From contig OY970192.1 of NCBI GenBank assembly GCA_963708135.1, positions 5,344,001-5,408,000 of the forward strand: a DNA stretch of 64,000 nt, in the 5' to 3' direction. The position numbers and the translations under genes were made by a program. The notes below the pieces were generated by a model, which was given only the letters and a program-made list of their open reading frames with translations, had not been told where the DNA came from and ran no database searches. This DNA is from an uncultured Gemmatimonadales bacterium. GTDB lineage: Bacteria; Gemmatimonadota; Gemmatimonadetes; Longimicrobiales; RSA9. Below, in pieces: positions 60,860 to 64,000 of this stretch (position 1 is its first letter; every line of letters begins with the position of its first letter).

Positions 60860-61156
60860 TCAGCCCCCGGCCGTGGCTCCCACGACCATGAAGGGCTCTT
60901 CGCCGGACTGGACGGCGGCGGGGAGGGGTGCGTCGGGCGGCTCGTGGGAGAGGTCCTCGCCGCAGGCGAAGAAGCGGACGAAGGCGCGGCGGCGGTGGGT
61001 GCCGTGGTCGCGGATGGTGCCGCGCAGGACGGGGTGCCGCTCCTCCAGCGCATCCAGGACGGCATTCTGGGTGACGGGCGGCGCGACAGCGAGCGCAACC
61101 TCGCCCTGGACGCGGGCGAGGCGGTTCAGGTGGGTGGGCAGCAGGACGCGGATCAT
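60860..61156 (-). CDS. MoaD/ThiS family ubiquitin-like protein
   Basis: [31 protein letters not shown]-terminus; ATGA overlap with the upstream gene. Confidence 0.85.
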   Translation of the reverse strand: MIRVLLPTHLNRLARVQGEVALAVAPPVTQNAVLDALEERHPVLRGTIRDHGTHRRRAFVRFFACGEDLSHEPPDAPLPAAVQSGEEPFMVVGATAGG

Positions 61157-62268
61157 GGCAGCGTCTGGACCTCCACGGACAGGACGGAGGGGAGGTCGCG
61201 CGTGATGGTGATCCAGCTGTCGCCGGAGTCGGAGGAGGCGTAGACCTGGCCGCCGGTGGTGCCGAAGTAGATGCCGCAGGGGTCGAGCGAGTCGATCGCC
61301 ATGGCGTCGCGGAGCACGTTCACATAGCAGTCCTTCTGGGGCAGCCCGCTGGTGAGCGCCTCCCATTCGTTCCCGCTCGTGCGGCTGCGGTAGACGCGCA
61401 GCCGGCCCTCGGGCGGATAGTGCTCGGAGTCGCTCTTGATCGGGATGACATAGACCGTTTCCGGCTCGTGGGCGTGCACGTCGATGGTGAAGCCGAAGTC
61501 GGTGGGGAGGTTGCCGCTCACCTCGTGCCAGGAGTCGCCGGCGTCGTCGCTGCGCATGACGTCCCAGTGCTTCTGCATGTAGAGCACGTCGGGCCGGGCG
61601 GAGTGCATGGCGATGCGGTGAACGCAATGGCCGACCTCCGCCTCGGGATCCGGGATGTACTGCGAGTGGAGCCCGCGGTTGATGGGCTTCCAGCTTGCTC
61701 CGGCATCGTCGCTACGGAAAGCGCCGGCCGCGGAGATGGCCACGTAGATGCGCTCGGGGCGGCTCGGGTCCACGAGGATCGTGTGCAGGCACATGCCACC
61801 CGCGCCGGGCGCCCATTTCGGGCCGGTGCCGTGCTCGCGGAGGCCGGACAGCTCGCTCCAGGTGCGGCCGCCATCGGTGGACTGGAAGAGGGCGGCATCC
61901 TCGATGCCGGCGTAGAGGGCGTCCGGGTCGGAGCGTGACGGCTCGAGGTGCCAGACGCGCTTGAACTCCCACGGGTGAGGCGTGCCGTCGTACCACTGGT
62001 GGGTGCCGGGCACGCCGTCGTAGGCGAACTCGTTGCCGACGGCATCCCACGTCTTCCCGCCGTCGTCGGATCGCTGGATGAGCTGGCCGAACCAGCCGGT
62101 GCTCTGGGAGGCGTAGAGCCGGTCGGCGTCCGCCGGCGAGCCCTTCACGTGGTAGATCTCCCAGCCGCCGAAGTGGGGTCCGGAGATGTCCCAGCGATCG
62201 CGCCTGCCGTCCGACGTCAGAATGAACGCGCCCTTCCGGGTCCCGACCAGCACGCGTACCGAGCTCAT
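61153..62268 (-). CDS. BNR/Asp-box beta-propeller (sialidase-like) protein
   Basis: VLVGTRKG; repeated SDDGGKTW / STDGGRTW / SDDAGASW Asp boxes. Confidence 0.85.
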   Translation of the reverse strand: MSSVRVLVGTRKGAFILTSDGRRDRWDISGPHFGGWEIYHVKGSPADADRLYASQSTGWFGQLIQRSDDGGKTWDAVGNEFAYDGVPGTHQWYDGTPHPWEFKRVWHLEPSRSDPDALYAGIEDAALFQSTDGGRTWSELSGLREHGTGPKWAPGAGGMCLHTILVDPSRPERIYVAISAAGAFRSDDAGASWKPINRGLHSQYIPDPEAEVGHCVHRIAMHSARPDVLYMQKHWDVMRSDDAGDSWHEVSGNLPTDFGFTIDVHAHEPETVYVIPIKSDSEHYPPEGRLRVYRSRTSGNEWEALTSGLPQKDCYVNVLRDAMAIDSLDPCGIYFGTTGGQVYASSDSGDSWITITRDLPSVLSVEVQTLP

Positions 62269-62421
62269 GTCATCGCTCCTTGCCGGGCGACGCCGCTCCC
62301 GCGCGCGCGGCGGCGGCGCCGGCGACAGGGGAGGGCAGCTCCTCGAGGGGTGGAACACGGCCGGGGACGGCCGTGGCCCGCCAATCTAGGATCGGGCGTC
62401 TTCCGCCACCAGCCCGTCAGC

Positions 62422-62556
62422 TCAGTCGTGCAGGATGCGCTCGGGCGGGTCGTCCAGGTCCTCGAACTGCCCGTGCCTGGCGGCGTGGATGAAGAGCGCG
62501 GCGAAGATGGCGCCGAGGAACAGCGCGATGGGGAGCAGGAAGATCACGGCCTGCAT
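62422..62556 (-). CDS. ccoS: cbb3-type cytochrome oxidase assembly protein CcoS (absent from the ORF track)
   Basis: MQAVIFLLPIALFLGAIFAALFIHAARHGQFEDLDDPPERILHD. Confidence 0.88.
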   Translation of the reverse strand: MQAVIFLLPIALFLGAIFAALFIHAARHGQFEDLDDPPERILHD

Positions 62557-64000
62557 GCGGCTTCCTCTCTGCGGACCAGGGTCTCAACGCGGAACGCGCC
62601 CCATACGACCATGGCGCTCGAGAGCGGCATGAGGACGGCGGCGACGAGCGGGTTCACGAGCCCGGCGGCGGCGGCGCCGACGGCCAGGAGGTTGTAGGCC
62701 ACCGAGCGGCGCTGGCTGGCGCGGATCGCGAAGGCGGCGGCGCGCGCGGCGCGGCGCCCGGCCAGGATCGGGCCGAGGGTCGCCCCGGAGAGCACGCCGT
62801 CGGCTACGAGCACGCTGCTGGCCGCGCCGCTGCCCATGGCGAGCGCCACGTCGGCGGCGGCGAGGGCGGGGCCGTCGTTCAGGCCGTCGCCGGCGAAGAG
62901 CACGCGCTGCCCCGTCGCCTGGCGGCCGCGAACCCATGCGGCCTTGGCCTCGGGGTCCATGCGCGCGGCCACCGCGTCCACGCCGGCCAGCCGACCGATC
63001 CGGCCAGCGGCGTCCGCGTGGTCGCCGGTGAGCAGCGCGACCTCGAGCCCTTCGGCATGCAGTGCGGCCACCGTTCGCGCGGCATCGGAGCGGGCGGTAT
63101 CGCCGAGGCGGATGGACTGGCTCATCCCCTCGCCGTCGGAAACCACCACGCCGCCGGCCGGCTCCGCGCAGAGCGTCCAGCGGCGGCCGTCCACCACGCC
63201 CGTCATGCCGACGCCGGCCTGCTCCCTGACATCTTCCCCCCGCGGCAGCGGGATGCCGCGGCGGACCGTCTCGGTCACGATGGCGCGGGCGATCGGGTGC
63301 GCGCTGAAGCGCTCGAGCGCGGCGGCGGTGCGGAGCGCCTCGTCGCCTGCTTCGGTGACGGCAAGGACGCCCTCGGTCATGGTGCCGGTCTTGTCGAAGG
63401 CGATGACGTCGAGGACCGCCATGTCGAGCAGCGTGTCCCCGGAGCGGAGCAGCAGCCCGCGCCGGGCGGCGGCGCCCAGCCCGGCCGCGGCGGCGAGCGG
63501 GTGGGCGAGCGCGAGCGCGCAGGGGCAGGCGACGACGAGCACCGCCACCGTGCGGGCGAGCCCCGCGCCCACGCCGGCGCCGAGGCTCCATCCCGCGAAC
63601 GTCAGCGCGGCCACGACCAGCGTGCCGGCGGTGAACCACGGGGCGATGCGGTCGGCGCCGGTGGGCCGGAGGGGGCGGTCGGCGGCGGCGCGGAGCTCCG
63701 CCGCCATGCGGTGCAGCAGCGTCTCGCCGCCGACGGCCTCGACGCGGACAGAGAGCGCCCCGTCGAGCAGCACGGTCCCGGCGTGGACCGTCCCGCCGGG
63801 GCCGACGGGGACGGGATCCGCCTCGCCGGTGAGCAGCGCGACCTGGAGGGTCCCGCCGCCCTCCGTGACGGTGCCGTCGGCAGGGATCTCCTCGCCGGCA
63901 CCGAGGTCGATCAGGTCGCCGGGGCGCAGGCTGGAGACGGCGACGGTCTCGAGGCCGGCCGCCGTGGCACGGCGGGCCGAGCGGGGCACCGAGGCGACGA
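62544..64000 (-). CDS. P1B heavy-metal (Cu) ATPase, CcoI/FixI-like; 5' end outside the window
   Basis: LTGE, ACPCAL, DKTGT, HPIA, TGD, GDGLND; adjacent to ccoS. Confidence 0.9.
   Translation of the reverse strand, partial: VASVPRSARRATAAGLETVAVSSLRPGDLIDLGAGEEIPADGTVTEGGGTLQVALLTGEADPVPVGPGGTVHAGTVLLDGALSVRVEAVGGETLLHRMAAELRAAADRPLRPTGADRIAPWFTAGTLVVAALTFAGWSLGAGVGAGLARTVAVLVVACPCALALAHPLAAAAGLGAAARRGLLLRSGDTLLDMAVLDVIAFDKTGTMTEGVLAVTEAGDEALRTAAALERFSAHPIARAIVTETVRRGIPLPRGEDVREQAGVGMTGVVDGRRWTLCAEPAGGVVVSDGEGMSQSIRLGDTARSDAARTVAALHAEGLEVALLTGDHADAAGRIGRLAGVDAVAARMDPEAKAAWVRGRQATGQRVLFAGDGLNDGPALAAADVALAMGSGAASSVLVADGVLSGATLGPILAGRRAARAAAFAIRASQRRSVAYNLLAVGAAAAGLVNPLVAAVLMPLSSAMVVWGAFRVETLVRREEAACRP

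Overview
A very GC-rich bacterial chromosomal window. The gene set (PadR plus ADOP-type permease, DUF5916, Wzi-like protein, SodC-like lipoprotein, waaA) suggests Gemmatimonadota or a similar diderm; this is inference only. Layout: (1) 1-9.4 kb, the distal end of a phage-tail/contractile injection-like locus (frameshifted tail/baseplate-type gene, DUF6519 protein, two unknown genes). (2) 9.4-14.5 kb, an accessory zone with several gene remnants ending at tRNA-Pro(GGG). (3) 14.5-21.8 kb, small regulatory and envelope genes. (4) 21.8-23.4 kb, a gene-free stretch with a tandem duplication, an AT-rich cluster of DnaA-box-like motifs and a palindromic element. (5) 23.5-32.6 kb, PadR, permease, hydrolases and DUF5916. 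(6) 33.2-37.1 kb, a co-oriented array of 22 tRNA genes. It has a near-consensus sigma70 promoter, a leader-peptide ORF plus intrinsic terminator after the first tRNA (candidate attenuator), a boxA-like site, a MITE, and a ~104-bp structured repeat abutting tRNA 5' ends. (7) 37.4-64 kb, GH63, peptidases, leuS, a degenerate CPA1-cNMP protein, a hybrid kinase, an orphan adenine methylase, waaA, a JAB + Ubl-MoeB-rhodanese module, a BNR propeller + MoaD/ThiS pair, ccoS and a P1B ATPase. The best candidate for an undescribed system is the apparently attenuator-controlled tRNA array. All family calls come from motif recognition, not database searches.
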